From the NCBI GenBank assembly GCA_964016885.1, contig OZ024741.1:327608001-327672000 (forward strand): a stretch of 64,000 bases of DNA, written 5' to 3'. This stretch comes from Eledone cirrhosa. Taxonomy: Eukaryota. Under the pieces are notes generated by a model. That model was not told where the DNA came from and did no database searches. It saw only the letters and a list, made by a program, of their open reading frames with translations. Positions within the stretch are counted from its first letter, which is position 1; each line of letters starts with the position of its first letter. Made by a program: the position numbers and the translations under genes. Shown in pieces: positions 16,695 through 31,762 of this stretch.

Positions 16695-19600
16695 GGGTAT
16701 GACATTAAACTACATCCAGTGGCAAGGCTCCAGTTCGGGAGTTCAGGAGCTGTGGGGAATGTGGAGTTACTTCTAAGGTTGTCTTTACTCCCAGGTCTGC
16801 TCTGGCCCGAATTTATAGTACCCGTTAGGGCCCCATTTATGGGCTAAATAACTATCTTATTTGAGTGGCGCCGGTAAGGTATTGTCAGCCATTGAAAAGA
16901 AATATGGAGAGTCTATCTAATATCACTAGGGTTAGAGCCCCTAATTACACTGTCAAGGAGCAGTCTGGTCGTTATGAATCTACTGGCTTAGAGCCACAGG
17001 GAGGGCCAGTGGATGATGGAGCAGCTGTCTCTAAGACATATATAAAGAATGCAGTTTTGTCCTGCATTGCAGAAGAGCCATCAAAATGAGCACTTTGAAT
17101 GCGCGGACTATTCAGACACTGGAGAAGAGAGAGGAGTTGGGACATCTATTAGAGGAGAGTGGTATACAGATTCTTGCGATCCAAGAACACAGGATCCTAC
17201 ACGATGAGCCCGTGAGTAGTGTTATGATTGGGAAGATGAGCAGTGAGGAACATGACCAATGCTGCAGTGGGAGGAGTGAGCTTTGTTTTCAGCACAAAAA
17301 CCAGTCTATTGGTGAGGGAAATATTGCCTGTCTCTCTGCGAGTGTTGAGTGTGACCTTCAATGGAAACCCAAAACTTACAGTCATCTCAGCCTATAGTCC
17401 AACTGAGGGAGACAGTGATGTGAGTGCGGAAGATTTCCATGAGGAGATGTGTAGAGCTGTCAACACCACACAAGCACACAACATCCTGCTTGTTTTGGGG
17501 GACTTCAATGCACATCTGAGTAAGGAGGGCAGTGAAGATCCTTGCTGGTACTTCCATAACAACACCAACCGTAATGTAAGACCACTGAGCGACACCCTGC
17601 TGGAGGCGAAATTGATAGCGACCAACCTAAGGTTTAGGAAGAATCCGGGGTAGATGTGGACCTACACCTCAGATATGCACCTGTCCAAGTCCCAGATTGA
17701 TTTCATTCTGGTGAGGAAAAAGTGGCGGAATAGTGTTCTGAACACAGAACCATACAATTGTTTCAGTACACTGGCTTGATATGACTGAGGTCCAGGTGAG
17801 CTTAAGAAAGAGCAAGGCTCAGCCCCGGAGATCAATCTATGACTGGGGAGCTTTCAAGGAAAATGATACGCTACAGAAGAAGTTCACAGTATAAGTGAGG
17901 AACAGGTTCAGTGCTCAGTGTGGAGAGACAGAGGAGAGAGAGATTGGATGGACAGAGGAGAGTGTGGCCTAGGAGGTACGGGCACTTCACCAATGCAGTG
18001 GCGGAAAAAAGTGAGACCCTGGTGCCGACGAGAAAGAACAAAAGGAAGCTTTCTGCTCTGCAGACCCAAAAGTGTGAGAACACTTGAAAGCAGCCAAGGA
18101 CCAATTCTATGCTGATCCTACGGAGGAGAGGATGGAGACTGTGGAGGTGATGTGGGAATAACTCTGTACCGCTTACACTGAGGCCAGAGAGGAGGCACTG
18201 ATAGAGAAGATCAGAAGTGTGGAGAGAGCGGTTGACAGGTTTGGATGTAAGGAGTGCTGGATGATCATTAACGAGATCACAGGGAGGAATAGAAGGTGTT
18301 CGAGTCAGATCCAGGGAACAGGGCCCGAGGATAGGAAGAGGAAATGGCTATACCATTTTAGGACCCTATTAAGAGAGCCACCCTCTACAGCCCAGAGCAC
18401 TGGGGAGATCAGGCGGCTGTTTGAAGAACTGGATATTGAGACAGAACCCTTCACCAGAGAGGAGCTTCAGAGAGCGAGGAAGAAGATCAAGGAGGGAAAG
18501 GCTCATGGAGAAGATGGAGTGGCATCAGAGGTGATGAAGAGGTATGATTTTGATGATATCATCCTGGGGTTCTGCAACCAGGCACTGGAGAAAGGAGTGG
18601 CCCCGAATCAGTGGAGGATCAGTAACATCGTCCCAGTGCCAAAGAAAGGAGATCTCTCTAACACCAACAACTACAAGGTATCTCACTGGCGTCACTTGTG
18701 GCAAAGACCCTCAACAAGATGATTCTTAACAGGATCCAGACTGAGATGGAGTAGAAGCTCAGGGACAACCACAACGGCTTCAGAGAGGGAAGATCAACCA
18801 CCAGTCACCTCTTGATGCTTAGGAGGATATTAGAGGGAGCTAAAACAAAGTGCCTTCCTGCGGTAATGGTTTTCATAGACTTTAGGAAGGCCTTTGATTA
18901 TGTGGACCGTCACTGCCTGATGAAGATCTTACAGGCTTATCGAATCCCCAAGAAGATAGTGAACCTGATATCGCTGCTCTACACCAACACCAAAGCCCAA
19001 GTCATTACACCTGATGGGATGACAGAGTTCTTTGAGATACTGGCTGGAGTGCTCCAGGGAGATACATTGGATCCCTACCTTTTTATCATCGTAGTGGACT
19101 ATTGTATGCGCCTTGCACTGGAGAAACACCAGGAGACTGGCTTTACTGTAGCACCGGCTCAGAGCAGGAGAGTTAAGGCGAAAAAGATATCAGATGCTGA
19201 ATTTGCCAACGACATAGTTTTGGTGACAAATACAGTGAAGGAGGCAGAGGATTTGATGCAGGAGGTTGAGACTGTGTCGATGAGTGTGGGGCTGAGAATG
19301 AATGAGACTAAAACAAAATATCTGGTAGAGAATGTTGAGAAGCCAGAGGGGATCGCTAATGTATGCGGCAAGCCGCTAGAATTGGTTGAGGACTTCCCGT
19401 ATTTGGAGGCAAAGATTGGGAATACGGAAGATGATGTGGTTGTGAGGAAGAGCAAAGTCTGGGCGGCATGCCACAGCTTGAGCTATGTGTGGAAGTCGGA
19501 CCTTCGTAAAGTCCTGAAAATCCGCCACTTCATTGCTGTAGTGGAGTCTGTGCTGCTGTACGAGTCTGAGACTTGGTCACTGACCAAGAAACTCACTCAG

Positions 19601-19942
19601 ATGGTGGATGGGTGCTACACGAGAATACTGAGGATGGTACTGAATATTAATCAGTATTCACTGAGGATGAAAACCTCAGAGCTGTATGGGAGCCTCCCAA
19701 AAGTCAGCTCAAAAGTGACAGAGAGGAGACTGATGTTAGCTGTACATTGACATTGCACTCAGTGCTCCTGTGGGAGCCCTACATGGACACACTGGAAGAA
19801 GAAGACCAAGGTTAACGTATGTTGATGCCTTAAATACAGACACTTGTCTGTTGGAGACGCAGGACACGGCAGCGATAATGAGGGACAGAGACCGCTGGAG
19901 AGAACTCGTCCATGGATCTCGGGAATTTTACCCGCCCTAGAA
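16688..19942 (+). mobile_element. Decayed APE-type non-LTR retrotransposon (RTE/RTEX-like LINE), endonuclease + RT
   Basis: APE motifs TLNARTI, ILAIQEHR, LGDFNAH; RT motifs PVPKKGDLS, FIDFRKAFD, GVLQGDTLDPYLFIIVVDY, EFANDI (decayed FADD); multiple frameshifts and stops; (TA)n on both sides. Confidence 0.9.
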
Positions 19943-20539
19943 ATATATATATATGTATATATATATGTATATATATATCTGTGTGTGTGTGCGTGCTTAT
20001 GTATGTATATAAAAGTTAAAGAGAAATAACAACACAATTGGTACAGTATGTGGAAGGGATATATTAGGTTAACGCTTGATATAGCAGGAAGAGGGTCGTA
20101 ACGTTTCGGACGCTAGTCCTTCTTTAGAAGAAAGAATGAGGAATAAGATAGATTGAGGGGACGGGCGGATTGAAATTGGAAAAAATTTCTTTATATATAT
20201 ATTTATATATATATATATATATATATATAGAGAATAGAAAACGAAAAATTTGTGATGCATCGGAACTCAATTTATTGTGTGTTACAATTGTTTCCCCGGC
20301 GAACAGCTCGAGGTGCGATCTGTGTGTAGATCGACCTGACTCTGGAATCACAGGTTTCTCGGACACGTCTATTGATTTTGGAGGATGTCCTCTTATCAAT
20401 AGACATGTCCAATTGTAACACAATAAATTGAGTTCCGATGCATCACTGATTTTTCGTTTTCCATTCCATCATATCCTGCTCCGTAGGAGCATAGAGTTCT
20501 CAACCGGCATACCGCCTATTGAAGCATATTTGCTACCAT

Positions 20540-22675
<2,136 letters not shown>

Positions 22676-22959
22676 CGAGAGAGAGAGTGAGAGAGAGATA
22701 TATAGATATTTATATATACATATATATATATACAAAAAGTTATGAAACGAAAGGATCTGTGTGGTTACTAAAACAAGGTTTAGGATGGTGGTTGGGACGG
22801 AACAGGAGGTGAAAGGAAGAAAGGAGTTTCCATCGTCAGCTGTAAATGTTTCCCGAAAAGATGTTTCGGCGCTGAATTACAGGACATCGGTGTATTTCGT
22901 GTGCACCCGAGGCCTTTTATTAATCAAAAGGCCAATATATATATATATATATATAGATA

Positions 22960-23163
22960 TAACGAAGGAGATGTTGTAAGGAACCAGATGGCTCTTAACG
23001 CACTAGAGTACTCAATACTTAGGGTAGTAGAGTGGGTAATAGGAAAAAGTATGACCCCGACGGCAGAGCTCAAGCCGTTTCGATGGCTATTTCTGGAAAT
23101 AATCCAGAAATAGCCGTCGAAACGGCTTGAGCTCTGCCGTCGGGGTCATACTTTTTCCTATAT
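22960..23163. mobile_element. Short PLE-type end with near-perfect hairpin 23038-23163 holding the 3' half of an HHR (related 9680-9738)
   Basis: GAAA-cggc ttgagctct gccg-TC-gggg is present in both arms; the CTGANGA half is absent. Confidence 0.55.
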
Positions 23164-23172
23164 ATAGATATC

Positions 23173-23240
<68 letters not shown>

Positions 23241-23451
23241 GTAATTAAGTATCGAGAGATAGAAGAAGAAGAAATAGGCGATACATGTAGTTATTTGCCA
23301 ATAGCAAATGCAAAGGGTGCTCAATGCTTGTGCCTGCAGTGTTAAATATTAGAAGTGTTAATATCTAGTGGGCAAGAAAATCAGCAGAGCGGATACATGT
23401 GGAGAAATATATAAAGGAGAACAAACCGTTAAAACATGTTTATTTAAAACA

Positions 23452-23493
23452 GCACCTACGTACGTTTCGCCCGAAAGGGCTTCTCAAGGGCAT
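23452..23493 (-). ncRNA. Hammerhead, U3-A8 variant, in inverted-end element ~23396-23935
   Basis: cc-TTGAGAA-gccc tttc gggc-GAAA-cg ta cg-TA-gg; decayed inverted copy near 23841-23880. Confidence 0.65.
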
Positions 23494-23939
23494 AAATATT
23501 AAAATGCGTTCCTTACATGACCCGGAATGGGTTTTTAGAAATAAGTTCACGTCACAGTTCATTCTTCGTAACAAAACATGGATTGATTTTGCAGTAGGTC
23601 AAGGGAGATAACTCTAACCGGTGTTGGAGCACCAATTCTCCAGGTGACTTTTTATCCGTCATTACTTTGTAGTTACAGCTTTACCATTGTCGATACGCAC
23701 AGGGTCAGGTATGCAACGTTATTTTCTAGATGTTTGTTTGCTGCGACTGCCCGCCTGGGTCGATTCGTGCCGAGACCGGGATGCATGGTTAGTTTCCAGA
23801 TATTTTTTGCAGCGCCTGCCCACCGGAACGCTTTTTAGTTTTTATGCATCGAGAAGCCCTTTCGGTGCTATTTAGGTGCTATTTTAAATATACATGTTTC
23901 AACGGTTTGTTCTCCTTTATATATTCGTCCACGTATATA

Positions 23940-23990
<51 letters not shown>

Positions 23991-24071
23991 TTATATAGAT
24001 GAGATTCTACAGGACTAGAACTGTTTCATTCATTAGAAATCATCATTCATTAGAAATCATCAGGAATCCCA

Positions 24072-24124
24072 GAGATTCCTGATGATTTCTAATGAATGAA
24101 ACAGTTCTAGTCCTGTAGAATCTC
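24072..24124 (+). ncRNA. Canonical type I hammerhead in ~215-bp mini-element 23995-24208
   Basis: gagattc-CTGATGA-t ttc taat gaa t-GAAA-cag ttctagtc ctg-TA-gaatctc; inverted copy at 24001-24068. Confidence 0.85.
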
Positions 24125-24205
24125 ATCTATATTAAAACTGTTATACTCTGTTATGTATTGAGTACCTTACTTACTGTGGTTACCTCCGATTCAACCCGGA
24201 ATAAC

Positions 24206-24240
<35 letters not shown>

Positions 24241-24524
24241 GAAAATAGGGAGAAAAGGACGATTATTAGGAAGAAAAATATTTTTTCTCTTTTTTCTGGT
24301 TTAGAAAATGTTTAAAACAAAATATTTTACGTTGTGTGAATTGTTAATTTATTTGTTAATTAACAATGGCATTTATTTATATATTTAATAATTGTCTATT
24401 ACAGGTTTCAGCTTTTTATGCATTATCAAAGGGGGGAATTTGTATTGTTGTAAAATGTTGGTGATGTTGAACATGTTGAGGAAATGGGGAACAAAGAATA
24501 ATGTTATTTACAAACCAGGTTTTT

Positions 24525-25492
24525 GAAGTGAAAAGAAAGCGAGACATGTAAACAAACATGTTATCTGCGAACTTAAGTTCAAGCATATCGTGGACGAGGA
24601 GAGACAGGCGCGTCCAGACCCTGTGAATGTGAGCAAGAAAAGGATTTCACACAGGTCAGACGGGAGGAAGTGAGAGAGTGGAAGTAGCAGAGAGTGAGTG
24701 AGTGAAAGGTGTGGGGAAGAGGCCAAGCGAGAGAAGGTGACTGGCAGAAGTGGTGAATGAAGGTAAGAGATACAAGAAGAGAGAAAGAGGATAGTAGTAA
24801 GAAAGAAACAGACTGGTCACAGTGGAGGGAAAAATATGAATGAAAAATGGTGTGCCTCGTTGTTGCAAATGGGATACATATGAATAAAATAACGCAGCAC
24901 GCCAGTTTTCATTTATATTTTCCCTCCTCTGTGACCAGTGTGTTTCTTTCTTACTACTATCCTCTTTCTCTCTCCTTGTACCTCTTGCCTTCATTCACCC
25001 CCTCTGCCAGTCACCGTCTCTCGACTGGCCCCTTCCACACACTTTCACTCACTCACTCTCTCCTACTCCCCTCTCTCACTTCCTCTCGTCTGATATGTGT
25101 GAAATCCTTTTCTCGCTCACATTTCACAGTGTCTGGACGCGTCTTTCTCTCCTGGTCCACGATTTGTTCGAACTTAAGTTCACAGATATCACGGACTTGT
25201 TTCTCATATTCCTCTCTTTCCGTTGCATTACCATCTCTGTTTGTTTACATGTCTCGCTTTCTTCATCCAATTTTAATTGTCCCACTAAATTTTCTTAGTT
25301 TTGCTCGCACCAGCCTGAGGTATATGGTCTTAAATGCGAAGAAATACCGATGATGGCTGGAAGATCACTGATGATGGACAGTCCTGTCTTTTTGCTCTAA
25401 TTGTATTCATATGTATCCCATTTGCAACAACGCAGCACGCCATTTTTCCCTTAGTTTGTACTGCCTCTCCGTTTTCGTTCCCATTCCAGTTT

Positions 25493-25500
<8 letters not shown>
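24525..25500. mobile_element. Non-coding repeat element, ~540-bp unit plus inverted partial copy; distant relative of 26058-27305
   Basis: aacgcagcacgcca recurs at ~24891 and ~25430; 24530-24845 is inverted relative to 24905-25265. Confidence 0.7.
25279..25379 (+). ncRNA. Branched, pseudoknotted, type II-order hammerhead-like RNA motif
   Basis: gtcc..actaa/ttagt..tcgca-CCAGCC-tgaggtatatg..-tgcga a-GAAA-taccga-tgat-GGCTGG aag-atca-CTGATGA-t ggac; covaries with the 26-27 kb copies. Confidence 0.6.
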
Positions 25501-25523
<23 letters not shown>

Positions 25524-25973
25524 GGTGGCTGCCAACTCTTTTTCGAGTACGGCCACTACTTTATATCCATGTAGGAGGAGCCCTACCGATGCGCTGAACG
25601 AATGTGACTTTTTAGTCCAGCCTGTGACATGAAAACTCTGGTACAAACACTACACTTGTGACAATTATTGACACATAGTGCTGGGCCCATGGTACCATGT
25701 AATGACAAGTGCAGAGAGATCTCCAGATATAAAGCAATGCCTGTGCCGTGAAGCTTTTATAGTGAGCAAAGGCACTGCACAAAGCCAGTCCCACTCTCTT
25801 AACCAAGATGATATTTACCAAAAAGAAGAACAAGTCAACATCATTGGATACCATCAGGGTTGCAGGTGTTATATCAGAGTTTTCCTTCTCCTAGAATTCT
25901 GCCTTGACAAAGGCTAAGGGGTCATATACATATATATATACCTATATATATTTTACATATATATATATACATG

Positions 25974-26057
<84 letters not shown>

Positions 26058-26060
<3 letters not shown>

Positions 26061-27305
26061 AAAATGGGGAGAAAAATAGTGCTGGTAGCACATGGATAAC
26101 ATTTAATAAAATAGGTCCCTCATCAGTGATTTGCCGACGATCATAGATATTTCATTGCATTAAAAATCATATACCTCACGTCGGTGCAATAATAACTAAA
26201 TTAAGTTATTAGGACAATTAAAACGCGTAAAGCGAGTGAGACAGGAAAACAACAAAGAGTAGAGCTAACCGTAGAGGAAGGAAACAAGCTTCATAGTTAT
26301 TCTGTTAGCGGGAGCTAGGTGAATATATGAGCGCTTAGAAAAAAGACCTTTCGCAAACGAATGCAATGTAAGAAAGAGAGAAATTGCTTTCGTTACGAAC
26401 GGGGTGAAGTGAGGAGAGGAGAAACAGTGAGTGAGTGAGTGAGTGAGTGGAAGTGTGAGGAAGAGTTAACTGACACGACAGAGGGGGCGAAAGAAAGTAG
26501 GAGAAACAGAGAGAATGAGGGAGCAGTAAGAGAGAGAGAGAAAAAAACAGAATCGCAGTATAGGTAAATATCCGTGATAAAATGGGGAGAAAAATACTGC
26601 TGGTAGCACATGGATAACATGTCATAAAATAAGTCCCTCATCAGTGATTTGCCGACGATCATAGATATTTCATTGCATTAAAAATCATATACCTCACGTC
26701 GGTGCAATAATAACTAAATTAAGTTATTAGGACAATTAAAACGCGTAAAGCGAGCGAGACAGGAAAAGAACAAAGAGTAGAGCTAACCGTAGAGGAAGGA
26801 AACAAGCTTCATAGTTATTCTGTTAGCGGAAGCTAGGTGAATATATGAGCGCTTAGAAAAAGGACCTTTCGCAAACGAATGCAATGTAAGAAAGAGAGAA
26901 ATTGCTTTCGTTACGAACGGGGTGAAGTGAGGAGAGGAGAAACAGTGAGTGAGTGAGTGAGTGAGTGAGTGAGTGAGTGGAAGTGTGAGGAAGAGTTAAC
27001 TGACACGACAGAGGGGGCGAAAGAAAGTAGGAGAAACAGAGAGAATGAGGGAGCAGTAAGAGAGAGAGAGAGAAAAAAACAGAATCGCAGTATAGGTAAA
27101 TATATGTGATAAAATGGGGAGAAAAATACTGCTGGTAGCACATGGATAACATGTAATAAAATAAGTCCCTCATCAGTGATTTGCCGACGATCATAGATAT
27201 TTCATTGCATTAAAAATCATATACCTCACGTCGGTGCAATAATAACTAAATTAAGTTATTAGGACAATTAAACCGCGTAAAGCAAGTGAGACAGGAAAAC
27301 AACAA
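26058..27305 (-). mobile_element. Retrozyme-like tandem repeat, 518-532-bp unit, ~2.4 copies; structured motif at 26115-26215, 26633-26733, 27165-27265
   Basis: Near-identical direct repeats between (TA)n tracts; no credible ORF. Confidence 0.8.
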
Positions 27306-27879
27306 ATATATATATATATATATATGCATATATATTTATATTCCTAAAGATATGTAAACTAGTAGACTAATGCCCAATGTATATTGAGGTATGGCCGGCT
27401 GTTATACTTTGGCAGTTTCGACCGCTACCAATGATACCGCAGGTACATCCGGGATCACAGCATCTCAGTGAAGCCAAAGGCTACCGAGTAGAGTAAGAGA
27501 CGAGAGACAAAACATTCATTTATAGCAATTAAACTATAACAATTACACGTAGAATTTTATATGACGTCTAGGAAAGTGTGGTGCCTCTCATGACACGCGT
27601 CATGAATGAAACAAAGGAAAAAATGGAAGAAAAACAGCAAGAAGAAAAATGTAAGATAGTGTTAAAAATGTAAACATTGCAATAAATAAGTGGACGAAGA
27701 GATAACATGTACTTCACATTAGTATTGATAAACTTAACAAAATGAACAAAGATATGACAAAACGAAAAACAATTTTTTAGGGGAAGCCTTAAAAAATAAT
27801 TTTAAAAATAAAAATACAAATGAAGGACACAGAACTCCAGGATCATCCGTCGTTGATATGGACGTTGGCAGTTTAGATA

Positions 27880-30800
27880 TATATATATGTATGTTAACTC
27901 TTTCTCTTAATTTCGAGTAGATTTTTTTACCGGCCAACTTCCTGGTGGCAAGGTTATAAAAGAAAAGAAATTGTCATCCCTTGAATAGCTAGAATGTTTT
28001 GCAAATGTTGAAGGTGGCAGCTATCGCAGCCATTTGTAGACTATGAATTAGGGAGCTGCGCTCTTTGTCCGCAAATCCAATTTCAGTCATACTTTGATCC
28101 AAGCGGGTTGGTATATAACCTGTAGCTCCAATAATGATGGGTATGAAGCTAAAGGTGTATCTTGGATACTGGATTTGTAAACTCCTCATCAATGGTCCGT
28201 AGATCTCCTCCTTCTCCTGTATATGTCTGATAACGTTTACTTCAAGTGGGCAGCTGATCTCCACAACAGAACACGTTTTCAATTTGTGGTCCCAAACAAC
28301 AATATCAATTCGGCTGTGCTTTAATTTGATGGTAGTTTTTATTTTCAGGTTCCACCAGTATTCCTTAGTGCCATCTGTCTCAAAATATTCTTCCTCGTTT
28401 GTTGTTAATTTTGTTTTCCGAAGTGCGTTCCAGATGGTTCTAGCTATCCCATCGTGTCTCATGGGAGGTAGTAGCGAGATGACATTCTTTTGCAGCTGTC
28501 AACAATGTGGCTTACATCCTCGATCTTTGTTTTACATAGTCTACATTTATTGTCAGCTGATGGTCCTCTCATTTTGTGCAGCAGATATTTGGTAGGGAGT
28601 TCTTGTTCCTGTATTGTATAGAGATATCCCTCAAGGTGTGATGTCATAAACTTGTCGGAACTCCATGCCAGGCCTTTTGAGTGGTTTATCGCCTCTATGG
28701 TCTGTGTTTTACGTCTCAAGTATCCATGCACAACTTTTTCTGTAAATTCGTCAATTTTTTCATCTTGTTTGAACATTGAATAGGATCTTCCGAATTCTCT
28801 GGGTGAGAGATTTATATCAGGCTTTATTCCATATCTCTCCTCCAGATCAGTGGCTATTCTAATGATATTTTTGTTTCATGCTCATAAACCTGGGCAACCT
28901 TTTTCCTCTGTTGAAAATGCTGCTTCAGTGTTACTATCCGGGTTTCATATGATGCTAATATGGATTTTATACCCCTGCCACCTTCCTTGCGTGAGAAGTA
29001 TAGCCTATCCACATCACCATTGATGTTAAAGTTCCCAGTAACACTGAGAAGTTTGCGAGTTCTAGCATCCATCCCACTTAGTTCTTGCAATGCCCAGTTC
29101 AACAGGCCAAACGTTGGCGTTAGAATTGTCGCAGCATAAGTATTGTAGGCAATGTATTTGTTGTACGCTGGCAGTTCTGATGAACATATTTTCTCTACTC
29201 TTCTGAAGTATTCAGTTCTGGTTCTCTCCTTATTTATGGGTCCATCATATCTGACATTCTCATTCTGTCCAAGATATCTGTAGTTGTCACCTGACTGTAG
29301 AGGTTGTATTGTCAGGCCGTTCATCTCTAGATTTCTAAAGGAGGGCACAACTCTTCCACGTTTTACTGCCAAATATGCACACTTGGACTCACCAAATTTC
29401 ATTTTGATGTCTGTTGAAAATTGTGTAATGAGGTCCAATTGTTTCTTGATGTCATTGATATTTGGCCCATACAACTTCAGGTCATCAACAAAGAAAAGAT
29501 TGGAGATACTACTGGACCCACTTCTTTGTACACTTTGTTTCCTGAATAGGTAAGATAGTGGATTTAGTGAGAGAACGAAGAGTAGTACTGACAAGCTATC
29601 ACCCTGAAAGATGCCCTTCTGGTAAAGTATCTTATCAGTCTTAACTTGCTCCTTCTCTCCGCTAAGGATCAAATTGGTGTAACAGTTCTTGGTCAGACGT
29701 TCAACAGCAGTTACCAGTGGTTGTGGGACGTTGGCTAACTGTAAAACCTTAACAATCCCCCCATGAGGTACACTATCAAATGCTTTTTGATAGTCCAGCC
29801 ACACCACAGTCATGTTTCTGCGATGCTTTGTTGCTTTTTCTTGAATCAATTTATTAGTTAGTAGGTGATCTATGCAACCCCACACCTCCCTCTTTCCACC
29901 AGCTTGCTCAGGTGTTATGATGTTGTTGGAAGCACATTGATCCTGTAAGAATAGGTTAAGACACCCAGTATATAATTTATACATGATGTTTTGGCAGGCT
30001 ATTGGGCGGTAATTTTTAGCAAGGGTGGTTTGTTTGGCTATTTTGGGGAATGAGGAGAGTAGTGGCAGTTGATAACAATCTGGGCAGTTCTTGTGTGCCT
30101 TTAATGGTTTCTGTAAACAGCCATATGAGATCTTGCCGATAGACAGTGAAATTCTTCAACCAGTATCCTTTAATGAGGTCTGGTCCTGGTGATGTCCTAT
30201 TCGACATTTTCTGTAGAGCTGTTTCCAGAATTGACCCATCTATGTCATATTGTTTTGTCTGGAAATGTTGGCAGTAGTCCTGTTCCTGTTCTTTTAGCCA
30301 ATTAGTTTGTCTGTTGAATCCGTCATCCGTTTCCCATACAGATCTCCAGTAGCTCTCAACCTGTTCTTTTGAAGGGGTGTCATTCACATGGATTGAGCTT
30401 TTGCCACCGAAGCTGCGATAAACTGATTTAGGATCTCAGGCAAACAATCTATTTAGCACTTGTCGTTTATGTGCTGTTGACTTATATTTTAGTCTTTCTG
30501 TTGTAGCTGTGAGTTGTTGTTTCAACTGGTGTAATTTGGAGTTTAATGTTTTAAATTTTGTATCTCCAAATCGTCTCTCCAACCCTTTTTTTAGTTCTTC
30601 CTGGTGTCGTGTGTAGTTGCTCTCTATGTTGCATTTCATAACGACTGCGATGTGTGAGATACTTCGTCTCAGAGACAACATTTTGCTTTTTAAATTTCGC
30701 ATCCACGCTGGTTCAGGCTTTTTGTTTGTATCTTGATTGCGTGGTTTTAGATATATGTTATATGATAGCAATGTGACAGCTGAAACATATAACAAAATGT

Positions 30801-31560
30801 TAAGCGTTTCAAATGTCATTTCTACACCTTTAGATCGTATAGCCTTCAGATAAGTGTCAGCTATTTCGTTCACTGCTTCCAATTCCAATTTAGTGGGTTC
30901 TTTACTGATTCTGGTGTTGTATGGTCTGTCACTCACATTAAGGCTGTGTATCTCTTTAAACATATCGTCCCATGTCACTTGTAAGGTGTCCACAAGTTTT
31001 TGGTGTTCTGTTTGTACAGTAGAGTCATGAATTTCAGCCTCGTTGTTGATGTGGTGACAATTACTACTAGAGTTAGGTGACCATTCTCGCTGTTCTTCAG
31101 TGGAAGTGAGATGGATTTCGTTAGATGTATCAATTTACATCTAATGATACGTTTTGCTTGTTCATTTAAATGCTTTGGTGAAAAATCTAATTCTGGGTGT
31201 TTGAAGTTCTATAGAGTTTTTAGCCTTTGCATAAAGCCGAACCTTTGGGGTTCAGATTGTTTGCATGCTTCACATAATTCTTTGTTAAGCTCGTAGCTCC
31301 ATTGTATACAACGGTTGTAGTTGCGATTTGGTCGAAGGAGACTTGTACGTTTTGCTATGATGAGTTCGTCTATTCACTAATATTTTGTATTTATTTTTCG
31401 TCGATGAGATGATCTTCTTTAAAAGATTCGACAAAGTTCTGTTAGAATCAAATTTAAAGTGATTCACAGCTTGGGTAATATTTCTTTTCGTATAGTTTTT
31501 AATTCTACAACTGTGTTTTAAACGTTGTTCTTGAATCGTTTGAATCGAGAACAAAAAATA
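27880..31560 (-). mobile_element. Decayed R4/Dong-like non-LTR retrotransposon (RT, CCHC, restriction-like endonuclease)
   Basis: [75 protein letters not shown], split over five ORF pieces. Confidence 0.92.
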
Positions 31561-31700
31561 TGTATGTATGTGTGTGTGTATGTGTTTAATTCTCTCCAAG
31601 TTTGCTGGCTTCTATGTCACACAATTTAGTGTATAACTTCGAATTAATTAGATTTCATATAAGCCTGCTCATACTGTCGATACTCAGATACAAACATGAT

Positions 31701-31762
<62 letters not shown>

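Noticed and set aside
22825-22900. GAAA...CTGACGA order on the minus strand, like the 25-27 kb motif
   Set aside because: No stem I, closing stem or pseudoknot could be built.
26058-27305. Tandem arrays as CRISPR or satellite DNA
   Set aside because: No unique spacers or cas genes; only 2-3 long units in a eukaryotic context.
27405-27480. CTGAGAT...GAAACTGCC HHR-like relic (-), and similar relics at ~20095-20130, ~24395-24435 and ~44098-44131
   Set aside because: Core or stem I is too damaged to call as ribozymes.
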